A DNA stretch of 64,000 nt from contig CALDAH010000008.1 of assembly GCA_937903135.1 (NCBI GenBank), positions 1,515 through 65,514 of the forward strand. Reading direction: 5' to 3'. Positions 19,653 to 27,718 of the stretch are shown piece after piece. The stretch is from an uncultured Alphaproteobacteria bacterium. Lineage in GTDB: Bacteria; Pseudomonadota; Alphaproteobacteria; Rs-D84. Both the position numbers and the translations under genes were made by a program. The notes beneath the pieces were generated by a model. It worked only from the letters and a program-made list of their open reading frames with translations, was not told the origin of the DNA and did not search any database. Numbering within the stretch: position 1 is the first letter of the stretch; every line of letters begins with the position of its first letter.

Positions 19653-20927
19653 TTATTTTTTACCCCATCCCAGCGCGTTGCCGATTTTGCCGCCCCAGTT
19701 TTTAGTATTGTTCCATAATTTTTTTGTATCACCGATAGATTTGTTATACAGCCCCGTCATATCCCCGCCGATATATTGGTTAAGCTGATCGCGGGTAAGT
19801 TTAAATATACGAAGCATTAAATAAAACGTCAGTATCGCCGATATCCACATAATAGAATGCCCCCCGAAACCCATCGGGGTATTTGCGACCGTCGGAACAT
19901 TAGAGTTTGCCATCCCATTCGCAGCGACAACAAATACTTGGCTATTCCATTGAAACAGTGCATAAATCACGGCCAGGTTAATGCATAATATAAACGCGCA
20001 TGCGATCATGGTAATAACCAGCTGCTGGAGTGCTTTGGTTATACCGGAAAATGCCGGCCATACGTCAAACCATTTATCACTGGATTTTACAACGTATGTT
20101 AAAACCTGAAACGGGTAGAGTATAAGTGCCATCCCAAGGTTAAATATACCCTGAATAATTAACAGTGCCATAAACAGATTACTTGCGATGAATGTTATAA
20201 TTAGTAATATTCCGGTAACCAGGCTCATAAAATCCTGGCCGCCGTGCGGGATCAGGGTAATCAGCCCGCGCAGGCCATTGGTTAAAAAATCAAATCCGCG
20301 TTTAACCACCTGGTTATTCGCGCGTGATAAATCCGCGACCGGCCGGATTAGGAATTCACACGACGAAGGTGATATCCATCCATGGCGAATAACATCGGCC
20401 GGACACTCTATTTTTTCAATCCCGACGCCCGTCCCGTTAATCGTTTCGGTAATTGCGTGCGTATAAATCGCGCCGAATTGCAAAAACGGATTAACCAGCC
20501 ATTCGGTTACAAACACGGGCCTTATCTGCAGTAATATAACGGCCGCGACCAGGGCACGAATAACAGGCTTCATAACATTATTTTGAATTATTCCAAAACC
20601 GCTGACGTTGCCGTTATAAAAATCCCCGCCGCCCGATATGCCGAACAGCGACGACCACTGCTTTGGAAAATACATCTTTAAAATACCGGTCGCCAGTGAT
20701 ACGGCCAAAAATCCCCAGACCAGAACATAAATAATCCCCGTCCCTTTCCCAACAAAGAAATCATAACAACCGGTCGCGACCAGCATAAACGCATCTAAAA
20801 CAATCGGGACAATTGGTGCGATATTCAGCTTATCAATAATATCCGGCGCGGCCATAGCAGCGGTTGGCATTATGAATATAAATGCAGTAAAGAGTTGTTT
20901 TAAAAATTTTGATTTAAACAATTTCAT
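19653..20927 (-). CDS. Polytopic membrane protein, paralog family member 1 (signal peptide)
   Basis: Signal peptide ...IMPTAAMAAP, loop Cys pair (IEC...SSC), TM cluster and Lys/Gly/Trp-rich tail. Confidence 0.65.
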   Translation of the reverse strand: MKLFKSKFLKQLFTAFIFIMPTAAMAAPDIIDKLNIAPIVPIVLDAFMLVATGCYDFFVGKGTGIIYVLVWGFLAVSLATGILKMYFPKQWSSLFGISGGGDFYNGNVSGFGIIQNNVMKPVIRALVAAVILLQIRPVFVTEWLVNPFLQFGAIYTHAITETINGTGVGIEKIECPADVIRHGWISPSSCEFLIRPVADLSRANNQVVKRGFDFLTNGLRGLITLIPHGGQDFMSLVTGILLIITFIASNLFMALLIIQGIFNLGMALILYPFQVLTYVVKSSDKWFDVWPAFSGITKALQQLVITMIACAFILCINLAVIYALFQWNSQVFVVAANGMANSNVPTVANTPMGFGGHSIMWISAILTFYLMLRIFKLTRDQLNQYIGGDMTGLYNKSIGDTKKLWNNTKNWGGKIGNALGWGKK

Positions 20928-20993
20928 GCGTTTAATATTTTTTATCTTTTCAATTATATCACATTTGATGCAAAATATGATATAGTTAAAACA

Positions 20994-22280
20994 ATGAATT
21001 GGTTAAAAAAGTTTTGGATAGTTTTTTTATCATTCCTCCCGTTCGGGGCCGGGGCGGTCGCGCCGTTTGTTGTTGGCGGTATCGCAGGGATTGGTGTTAT
21101 TGCGGGATTTGCAATCTATCGCACGGCTGCGCCTGTAAATATGGCGGATGCGATGAACTTTTTTTCAACATGCTGGACATGTCAGATGTTTTCGGATGTT
21201 ATGGCGACAATGTCGTCGGTATTACCGAATATTTATAATGCAATCGGTCACGTAATAATTCCGTTTGCTGTGATATTAACCGCGATATGGTTCGCCTGGC
21301 GCTTAGCGTCCGGATTTATAAACGGCAAATCCGAAGATGCATGGACACTATCGGGCAGTTTCGGGACGCATCTGATAAAGCTGGCATTTATATCGGCGTT
21401 GCTGGTTGCCCCGCTGCCGCGAATGCTAACGGATATTGTAATTGAACCGGTATTTCACGTCGGGCTGTCTATTAACCGTGCCGTGGCCGGGGACGATAAA
21501 TTTGCCGAATGCGTTCTGGCGACGGCGGTGGCCGATCCTGTGGCCGCATCGGAATACGCCGCGACGTCCGGGGCATATTCGCCAAAACTGCGACATAATC
21601 TGGCGTGCGAACTCGCGACCGTTCATCAGATGACAGGACTTGGCATGACGGCCGGTTGGACCATGCTAAATATGGCGTTTAATTCAGAATACATGCATAA
21701 GATTTTATGGGATATACCGTTTTTTCCAAATATTCCGATTTTCTTTGCCGGGCTATTAATTCTGGTGATATTTTTCTGGGCACTGTTGCCAATCCCGCTG
21801 TATTTCCTAGAGGTATTCATAGAACTCTCTATGGATTTAATAATGCTGCCGCTAATGATGCTATCGTGGTTATTCAAAGACTGGGCGATATTCCCGAACG
21901 GGAAAAAGAATATAGAACAGATTATAAACAACGTTATATCCGCGACACTTGGGATCGCAATAACGGGGATTTTTGTAACATTTGCGATAATGTTCCTAAA
22001 TTCTGTATTCGGGAACTGGAACGGTGCGGGTGCATTGGCGGCGGCGATGGCGCAAAACGATTCGACAATATTAATGGATGGCCTGATGATGCGCAACGAC
22101 AGCGTTATTGCAATTATAATGATGGGGATATTTATCGCCATGTTTATGACGATGATTCCGGCCCTGTCAAAGACTTTATTCAATGTTCAGATATCCGAAA
22201 GCTATTATAAATCGGTTCAAAGTCATGCAAAAATTATGCTCGGAAACCTGAAAAAGTGGTATGCAGCGTTAAAAAAATAA
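20994..22280 (+). CDS. Polytopic membrane protein, paralog family member 5 (divergent)
   Basis: N-terminal CWTCQMFSDVM motif, loop Cys pair (AEC...LAC), then GMTAGWTML. It is separated from member 1 by a 66-bp AT-rich divergent spacer. Confidence 0.65.
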   Translation: MNWLKKFWIVFLSFLPFGAGAVAPFVVGGIAGIGVIAGFAIYRTAAPVNMADAMNFFSTCWTCQMFSDVMATMSSVLPNIYNAIGHVIIPFAVILTAIWFAWRLASGFINGKSEDAWTLSGSFGTHLIKLAFISALLVAPLPRMLTDIVIEPVFHVGLSINRAVAGDDKFAECVLATAVADPVAASEYAATSGAYSPKLRHNLACELATVHQMTGLGMTAGWTMLNMAFNSEYMHKILWDIPFFPNIPIFFAGLLILVIFFWALLPIPLYFLEVFIELSMDLIMLPLMMLSWLFKDWAIFPNGKKNIEQIINNVISATLGIAITGIFVTFAIMFLNSVFGNWNGAGALAAAMAQNDSTILMDGLMMRNDSVIAIIMMGIFIAMFMTMIPALSKTLFNVQISESYYKSVQSHAKIMLGNLKKWYAALKK

Positions 22281-22348
22281 AAAATCAAGTGCTTTATTTA
22301 ACATGACCCCCTTTTTTGTGACGGCCGAATCTGATATAATTCTTAGCG

Positions 22349-22858
22349 ATGAAACAGTTTCCGATTCTTTACTGGCCACGCAATACCCGGGGTGATAATG
22401 AATATCCCTTGGCGCGAAAGGTTATAAACGGCGCAACCGGTGTTATGCCGGGGGTCGTAACAGGTGATTTGGATTTAGCAGATATATTTAATCAGAACCC
22501 CGATGCGGCGGTATATTACCCGGTTTTTTGCGAATCAACCGGATGGTGGGGCGAACTGCTTGGCGCAGATGCGGTCGTTTCGGATAAGCTAATAATTTCC
22601 CCGGAATGTCAATTAATGGTCATTGTGGCCAAGAAAAATGCAAACACACGTGGAACAAATCAACTGCTGGCGGCGGAAATATACCCGACCAGTGGTTTTT
22701 TTAAGAAAATGAATTCCGGTATCGCCACGGTATCTGATATGCTGGCGACGGACGCGGGAACAATTCTGGCACTGTTTTCCGGCCGAAATCAAAATCAGTT
22801 TATAAATGTTCTCGAAGCGACGGGGAATTCATATCTCGGCTGTATCGGGCGTTATTAA
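22349..22858 (+). CDS. Hypothetical soluble protein
   Basis: 169-codon ORF downstream of paralog 5 with no recognisable motifs. Confidence 0.4.
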   Translation: MKQFPILYWPRNTRGDNEYPLARKVINGATGVMPGVVTGDLDLADIFNQNPDAAVYYPVFCESTGWWGELLGADAVVSDKLIISPECQLMVIVAKKNANTRGTNQLLAAEIYPTSGFFKKMNSGIATVSDMLATDAGTILALFSGRNQNQFINVLEATGNSYLGCIGRY

Positions 22859-22872
22859 ATCGCGAATATTTC

Positions 22873-22900
22873 TTGCAATATTGAAAATAGTTTGTATAAT
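22873..22900 (+). promoter_or_regulatory. Sigma70-like promoter for rpmE
   Basis: TTGCAA (22873-22878), 16-nt spacer, TATAAT (22895-22900). Confidence 0.5.
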
Positions 22901-22931
22901 TGCGTGGCTAAAATTATAAAAGGGTTATGCT

Positions 22932-23144
22932 ATGAAAAAAGGAATTCATCCCGAATACCATGAAATTAACGTTACCAGAACGGATGGTAAAACTGTAAAA
23001 ATGTATTCTTCGGTTAAGAAAGATTTGGTTCTGTCCACGGATAATCTAAATCATTCCGCATGGACCGGTCAGCGTACAAACGCCGGGGACAAGGGTCAAC
23101 GTGCCGCCGGGTTTAAAAGCAAATTTGCCGGATTTAATTTTTAA
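22932..23144 (+). CDS. rpmE: 50S ribosomal protein L31 (Cys-less alpha-type)
   Basis: MKKGIHPEYHEI... and ...NHSAWTGQ match L31; no CxxC zinc motif is present. Confidence 0.9.
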   Translation: MKKGIHPEYHEINVTRTDGKTVKMYSSVKKDLVLSTDNLNHSAWTGQRTNAGDKGQRAAGFKSKFAGFNF

Positions 23145-23174
23145 TCCGATTATTTATCCGCAGGGGGGCACGTT

Positions 23175-23879
23175 ATGGAATTGCTGATAAAAGGTTCAAC
23201 GGAATTAAACAAGATGTTTGCCGCAATGCAGCGGACGGCATCGGGTCTGCGCCGTGATTTCGGCGAGGTTGAAAATCTTCAGCAGTCATTGCGTGGTGCT
23301 CGCGACTTTGTGCAAAAGGCTGCCGCGCGGATAGAAGAAAGTATATTAAACGACCTGCTGCTGGTTCGTCCATCGGCGGGTCTGTTAACGCCGAACGTAT
23401 CGCGCGACGGTGATGGTCGTGATGAATTTGTTCTGGCGCTATCGGGGGCGGCGAACTTTGTTCGTGGAAATCAGCATTTCGCAATTTCACTTGCGCTGCG
23501 TTCAGGTGACGAAACAAAAATTGCGCTGGTATATTCCCCGATTGACGAAAGATTATATTATGCCGAAGATGGGCGCGGCGCATATGTGTTTTCAGCATAT
23601 CATTCCGCCCGGATAAAGGTTTCAAATTTATCCGTCCCATCCGAGCTTATGATCGGTTATAACACGTCGGATACGCGTCCGTTTGTCGGGGCAGCCCGTC
23701 GCACGGGATGTCCGGCACTGGATTTGGCATGGGTCGCCGCGGGTAAGTTTGATGCGTATGTATCCGATCCCCTGGACTGGGCCGAAATTGCAGCAGGCGA
23801 TTTACTGGTACGCGAAGCGGGCGGTAAAATCCAAATGACGTCCGATTTAATTGCCACCAACGGCAAGGTTGATCTGTAA
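23175..23879 (+). CDS. Inositol monophosphatase/SuhB-family protein with degenerate active site
   Basis: Family motifs are retained (ALDLAWVAAGKFDAYV, AAGDLLVREAGG). The E. coli SuhB metal ligands TEESG and WVIDPLDGTTNF are replaced by TPNVS and FVLALSGAANF. Confidence 0.75.
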   Translation: MELLIKGSTELNKMFAAMQRTASGLRRDFGEVENLQQSLRGARDFVQKAAARIEESILNDLLLVRPSAGLLTPNVSRDGDGRDEFVLALSGAANFVRGNQHFAISLALRSGDETKIALVYSPIDERLYYAEDGRGAYVFSAYHSARIKVSNLSVPSELMIGYNTSDTRPFVGAARRTGCPALDLAWVAAGKFDAYVSDPLDWAEIAAGDLLVREAGGKIQMTSDLIATNGKVDL

Positions 23880-24204
23880 AAATATCCCAATAGTATTAAC
23901 GCATATGCGAACCACGCAGCTGTCCTGCGGGTCGCTGTGTGTCCCCGGTTTATGACGGGACTGCTGGTTTAAATTAATTATATTATAGAACTGCCGAGAT
24001 TTTAGCGCAGTTGTTCGCATATCCGATTTATAGCTTTATATTATCTGCTGTGGTGTGTTTTTCCTGTATATATTATATTGTGGCACATAAATATGATTGA
24101 TAGGGTTTCTGCTGCGCGGGATTAATTGGTAAATTTCTAAAATCTTGGCCAATATAATTTTAATATAACAGAGTAATAAAATACAATAAATCAAATTCGT
24201 CATT

Positions 24205-24233
24205 TATGACGAAAGTGCGACGAAAATCACGCA
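24205..24233. repeat. Direct repeat, copy 1 (29 bp perfect; about 43 bp imperfect)
   Basis: TATGACGAAAGTGCGACGAAAATCACGCA is identical to 26566-26594. Similarity continues imperfectly (GGGGTTGATTCTG vs ATGGTTGAATTTTG). Confidence 0.9.
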
Positions 24234-24252
24234 GGGGTTGATTCTGTGGTCG

Positions 24253-25494
24253 TCATTTAATTGATTGTTTAAATAAAGACCAGCCGTGATAATATTTATT
24301 GTTTTCGCACAATCCATCAACTGTCCAATCTTGTTTTTTTTGATGACGATAACAATGTGGATGTTGGAATTTACCACGCCATAAACCTATTTTTTGATTT
24401 ATTGCGTATGATTCTTCTTCTGTATAGGTATATGGTGGATATGTTGAAACCACAGCATAGCCTTCTTTTACCATTTGGCGATTTATTTCAACGCCTTTGC
24501 TATTATAACAAACGGCTAAGCTACGTCCCCATTTTCCATATTTTATCAATTCACAGCTAACTAACCCATTGCCAATAATTTTTTTTACACGTTCTGTTGC
24601 TTCTAATCCACATGCATATTCTTTATTATTTTCATCTAAACACGTTTGTTTTCTTTCAGCAGAATCCATGCCGACTGGGCGAATGACAATAATATCATCA
24701 ATGTGCCACGTATCGCCGTCTGCTATCTTGGATACATTCCCGATAACCCATTTTCGTTTATTATGTTTATTTCGCCACAGCTGAAAATCTTTTACTTTAT
24801 AAAAATCTTTAGGAATATCAAAAGTGGTGTGTTCTTCGCTTGCCAGTTCAATATCTTGATCGTTGATTAAGTTTGATAATTGTGATTTGTCCGTTATCGG
24901 AGCAGGCAATGTGCGCTGATTATTTACATGCATATCATACCTAGATAAATTGGACTTTAATTTACTGTAATGCTTATCAAAAACCCTAATTTCTATGTTG
25001 CTATTATCAAGGCGAATCAGCAGCAGTAAATCACCTGGCTGCGCTAATTTCATAACTTTATTATCGGTACCATAGTATAATCTTTTTTCATTATTTACCG
25101 TTTTTGCGTTGGGATTCCGTCTGGGGCTGTACCAGGTTGACATATGGTTAAATGTTTCTATACCGCTATCGGATATATAATAGTATTTCGCTTTAAATTT
25201 TTTGGATTCTTTTACATCGCCGAGTACAACAACAAATTCCTTTACACCGTATAATTCTCTCATAGTGGACTTGCTTTTGCCACAGTCTGTTTTTGACAGT
25301 TTCTTTAAAGCTAATGAAATATATTCCGTGGGGAATTTGCCGTCCTGAACAACAGCATCTTCCATAACTTGCGTAGATTCATAAGGTGTTTGTATGTCCT
25401 GGCATGCAACTATCCCATATAAGGTTAGTCCGACCCCCACAAAAGCCAAAACAACTAATCTAAGCCGCGTTTTCAGCCAGTTTGAGATTTTCAT
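24253..25494 (-). CDS. Lipoprotein-anchored protein with C-terminal staphylococcal-nuclease (SNase/thermonuclease) domain
   Basis: Lipobox ...LYGIVAC. The C-terminus (KIADGDTWHIDD...RPVGMDSAERKQ...KWGRSLAVC...NRQMVKEGYAVV) follows the SNase pattern DGDT...R..GIDAPE...YGR.L..V...N..LV..G.A. The roughly 230-aa middle region is unassigned. Confidence 0.7.
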   Translation of the reverse strand: MKISNWLKTRLRLVVLAFVGVGLTLYGIVACQDIQTPYESTQVMEDAVVQDGKFPTEYISLALKKLSKTDCGKSKSTMRELYGVKEFVVVLGDVKESKKFKAKYYYISDSGIETFNHMSTWYSPRRNPNAKTVNNEKRLYYGTDNKVMKLAQPGDLLLLIRLDNSNIEIRVFDKHYSKLKSNLSRYDMHVNNQRTLPAPITDKSQLSNLINDQDIELASEEHTTFDIPKDFYKVKDFQLWRNKHNKRKWVIGNVSKIADGDTWHIDDIIVIRPVGMDSAERKQTCLDENNKEYACGLEATERVKKIIGNGLVSCELIKYGKWGRSLAVCYNSKGVEINRQMVKEGYAVVSTYPPYTYTEEESYAINQKIGLWRGKFQHPHCYRHQKKQDWTVDGLCENNKYYHGWSLFKQSIK

Positions 25495-26425
25495 TCACGA
25501 TTCCTGTTTTAAAATCATCATTTACAGGAACAACTTTACAAAGATTATTAAAGGAAAACAATCCTTTTTCGTCCATTTTACGTAAATATTTAATCAGTTG
25601 CTCTGCATTTGCTTGTATGGCTGGAACAATAACCGCATTTCCAAGCTGTCTTATTGCTCGTTCATTTGATACACTTGACATATCAAAAGAATCAGGGAAA
25701 CCCATGATTCGCTTGCCTTCTTTTGCTGTTAAACGACGCCCCATACCGTCAACAATGTAATAATCCCAACAACGGAAGGATTGAGGTGGCATTCCTGTAA
25801 AGCTAGATACCATTGTTCGGGCAATTTTTCTATTTATTGTTTGACATTCAAAAATTTCTTCTAGTGTTTTAGTCAATGGCACCTGAGGAGCAAATTCAAA
25901 CGTACTATCAACTGTATCACCAAGAAAGCCTATGATAAATACTCTTTGACGAACCTGTGGTATATTATGGTCTGTCCCCTTTACTATTTTATAGTTGAAA
26001 GAATAACCAAGTTCCTGTAATGATTCTGATATAATACGAAAACATTCACCATCTTGGGCCGTCAACAGACCTTTGACATTTTCTAAGAAAAAAGCCTTTG
26101 GGCGACGTTGTTTCAATATTTCTAATATATAAAAGAACATTGTTCCTCGTATTTCATCTGCAAACCCCTTTCGCCTTCCCAAGATTGAGAATGATTGACA
26201 TGGAAAACCTGCACACAAAATATCAAAATCGGGAATATCGGCGGGATTTACTGTTGTTATATCTTCGGCCAATCTGTCTGGTGGCATATTAAAGTTGGCT
26301 TGATAAACCTGTCGCGCCCATTTATCTTTATCACAAGCGAATACACATTCGGCCCCAACATTCTCAAATGCAATATGAAAGCCACCTATTCCAGAGAATA
26401 GGTCAATAAATTTGTACTTTTTCAT
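25460..26425 (-). CDS. dcm: DNA (cytosine-5) methyltransferase
   Basis: FIDLFSGIGGF (I), GFPCQSFS (IV), ENVKGL (VI), QVRQRVFIIG (VIII) and QLGNAV (X) motifs. ATG 26425 is preceded by GGAG. The 3' end overlaps the nuclease gene start by 35 nt. Confidence 0.9.
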   Translation of the reverse strand: MKKYKFIDLFSGIGGFHIAFENVGAECVFACDKDKWARQVYQANFNMPPDRLAEDITTVNPADIPDFDILCAGFPCQSFSILGRRKGFADEIRGTMFFYILEILKQRRPKAFFLENVKGLLTAQDGECFRIISESLQELGYSFNYKIVKGTDHNIPQVRQRVFIIGFLGDTVDSTFEFAPQVPLTKTLEEIFECQTINRKIARTMVSSFTGMPPQSFRCWDYYIVDGMGRRLTAKEGKRIMGFPDSFDMSSVSNERAIRQLGNAVIVPAIQANAEQLIKYLRKMDEKGLFSFNNLCKVVPVNDDFKTGIVNENLKLAENAA

Positions 26426-26565
26426 AAAATCTCCATTTTGGATAATAAAAAAACCGACCAAATGGCCGGAAATAAAAAAAAGCGACACACTTGTCGCTTT
26501 GTTGTCTCACATTATATCAGAAAATGGTAAAAAAATCAATATAATATAACGTGCTTATATTATAA

Positions 26566-26594
26566 TATGACGAAAGTGCGACGAAAATCACGCA
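26566..26594. repeat. Direct repeat, copy 2
   Basis: Identical 29-mer to 24205-24233. Confidence 0.9.
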
Positions 26595-26697
26595 ATGGTT
26601 GAATTTTGCCGCCCGGATGCCGCGAACGCCGTGGGCAAAAAAATTGATTTTACGGATAACGTTGATATACCCTTTATAAGGGCGTGGATGGATTAAA

Positions 26698-27039
26698 TTA
26701 TTCCCGGGTATATTTTTGTTCGTATCCACTATTGGTTTCCAGGACCAACGTGTTTTTATCGGGCATTGATATATGATATGTTTCTGTAAAATCAATAGTC
26801 TGGCCGTTGCCAATACTTTTGCCCGTCATTAAAAGTGTATTACAATCCGGCTGCGACCATTTTTCATAAACCAACGTGGCCATGTTAATGGATTCGGCCG
26901 AACCATTTTTATGCAGTTCAAATCCCTGGGTTATATTTTCCATTCCGTTTACCGGTGCATGCCATTGGCCGGTTATATCCGGGCAACGATCGCAGGCCGC
27001 CAACAGAGCAAATGATGTAAATAATAGTGCATTTTTCAT
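26698..27039 (-). CDS. Small lipoprotein, lipocalin-like domain
   Basis: Lipobox FALLAAC. The G.W...F.L..NG....N...L.Y..W...L.L.G pattern is typical of lipocalin-like lipoproteins. Confidence 0.55.
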   Translation of the reverse strand: MKNALLFTSFALLAACDRCPDITGQWHAPVNGMENITQGFELHKNGSAESINMATLVYEKWSQPDCNTLLMTGKSIGNGQTIDFTETYHISMPDKNTLVLETNSGYEQKYTRE

Positions 27040-27225
27040 TGAAAACTCCTGTTATGTGATTATAGATGTGTTTCCCAGATAAGGCAACATCAATCCATTA
27101 TTATGCCATATTTAAACTCTGATAAAATTAAACGGGTAATAAAACTATTTAGTTAAATGTCAGGCTTGCAAAAACATATGAAGTTCAATATATTAAGAAT
27201 AAGCTCATAAATAAAAGGACGAAAT

Positions 27226-27636
27226 ATGCAAAAAATATGGTTATGTGTTTTTATCTCGTGTCTGTTACAGGGGTGTGTAGAACCTGTACGAACAATAGAT
27301 GTCTATAAACTTGAAAAATATAAAGGGTCAGAAGTTCCCGTATGTGTAAATTATCGCCAAAAAGTTAATTTAATAAGAGAAGGCTGGTATGATACAGATG
27401 CGTGTGGAAATGAAACATATATGCCAGCAGAATACGAACCAATAAAAACATCTTGTAATACCAATTTTGTTCGTGTTGTATCTTATGACAAATGTTTGGC
27501 GCAATTGCCGTTACCAATTCATCTGGTTGAGAAAAAAGAAAAAAATATGACAATTTGTTATGATAGAAACAATAAAGTAGAATTGCCTATATTATATTGT
27601 CAGAAAGACAATATACAAATTATGAACCTGTATTAA
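27226..27636 (+). CDS. Small lipoprotein, unknown function
   Basis: Lipobox SCLLQGC; AT-rich 136-codon ORF containing several Cys. Confidence 0.45.
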   Translation: MQKIWLCVFISCLLQGCVEPVRTIDVYKLEKYKGSEVPVCVNYRQKVNLIREGWYDTDACGNETYMPAEYEPIKTSCNTNFVRVVSYDKCLAQLPLPIHLVEKKEKNMTICYDRNNKVELPILYCQKDNIQIMNLY

Positions 27637-27690
27637 ATAAACGGTTTGAACGTTAGTGAAAAAAGACGTTCTAGAAAATCCAACTAAACG

Positions 27691-27706
27691 CCGCCCATGT
27701 GGGCGG
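27691..27706. terminator. Hairpin terminator shared by tRNA-Gln (minus) and the lipoprotein gene (plus)
   Basis: CCGCCC-ATGT-GGGCGG with T-rich sequence on both sides. Confidence 0.5.
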
Positions 27707-27718
27707 TGTTGTTTATCC

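Noticed and set aside
23903-24022. Long-range inverted repeat (ATATGCGAAC ... GTTCGCATAT) and an internal GTCCC/GGGAC hairpin downstream of the suhB-like gene, considered as a structured ncRNA
   Set aside because: Only about 10 bp of pairing was found by eye. There is no recognisable Rfam-like signature (not tmRNA, SRP, 6S or RNase P) and no promoter or terminator context. It needs a covariance-model scan before any call.
24206-24241. Both copies of the cassette-flanking repeat could encode an 11-aa peptide, MTKVRRKSR(R/N)G, ending at a conserved TGA
   Set aside because: No RBS is visible and the peptide is very short. The shared stop is most simply a by-product of the DNA repeat itself, so there is no evidence for translation.
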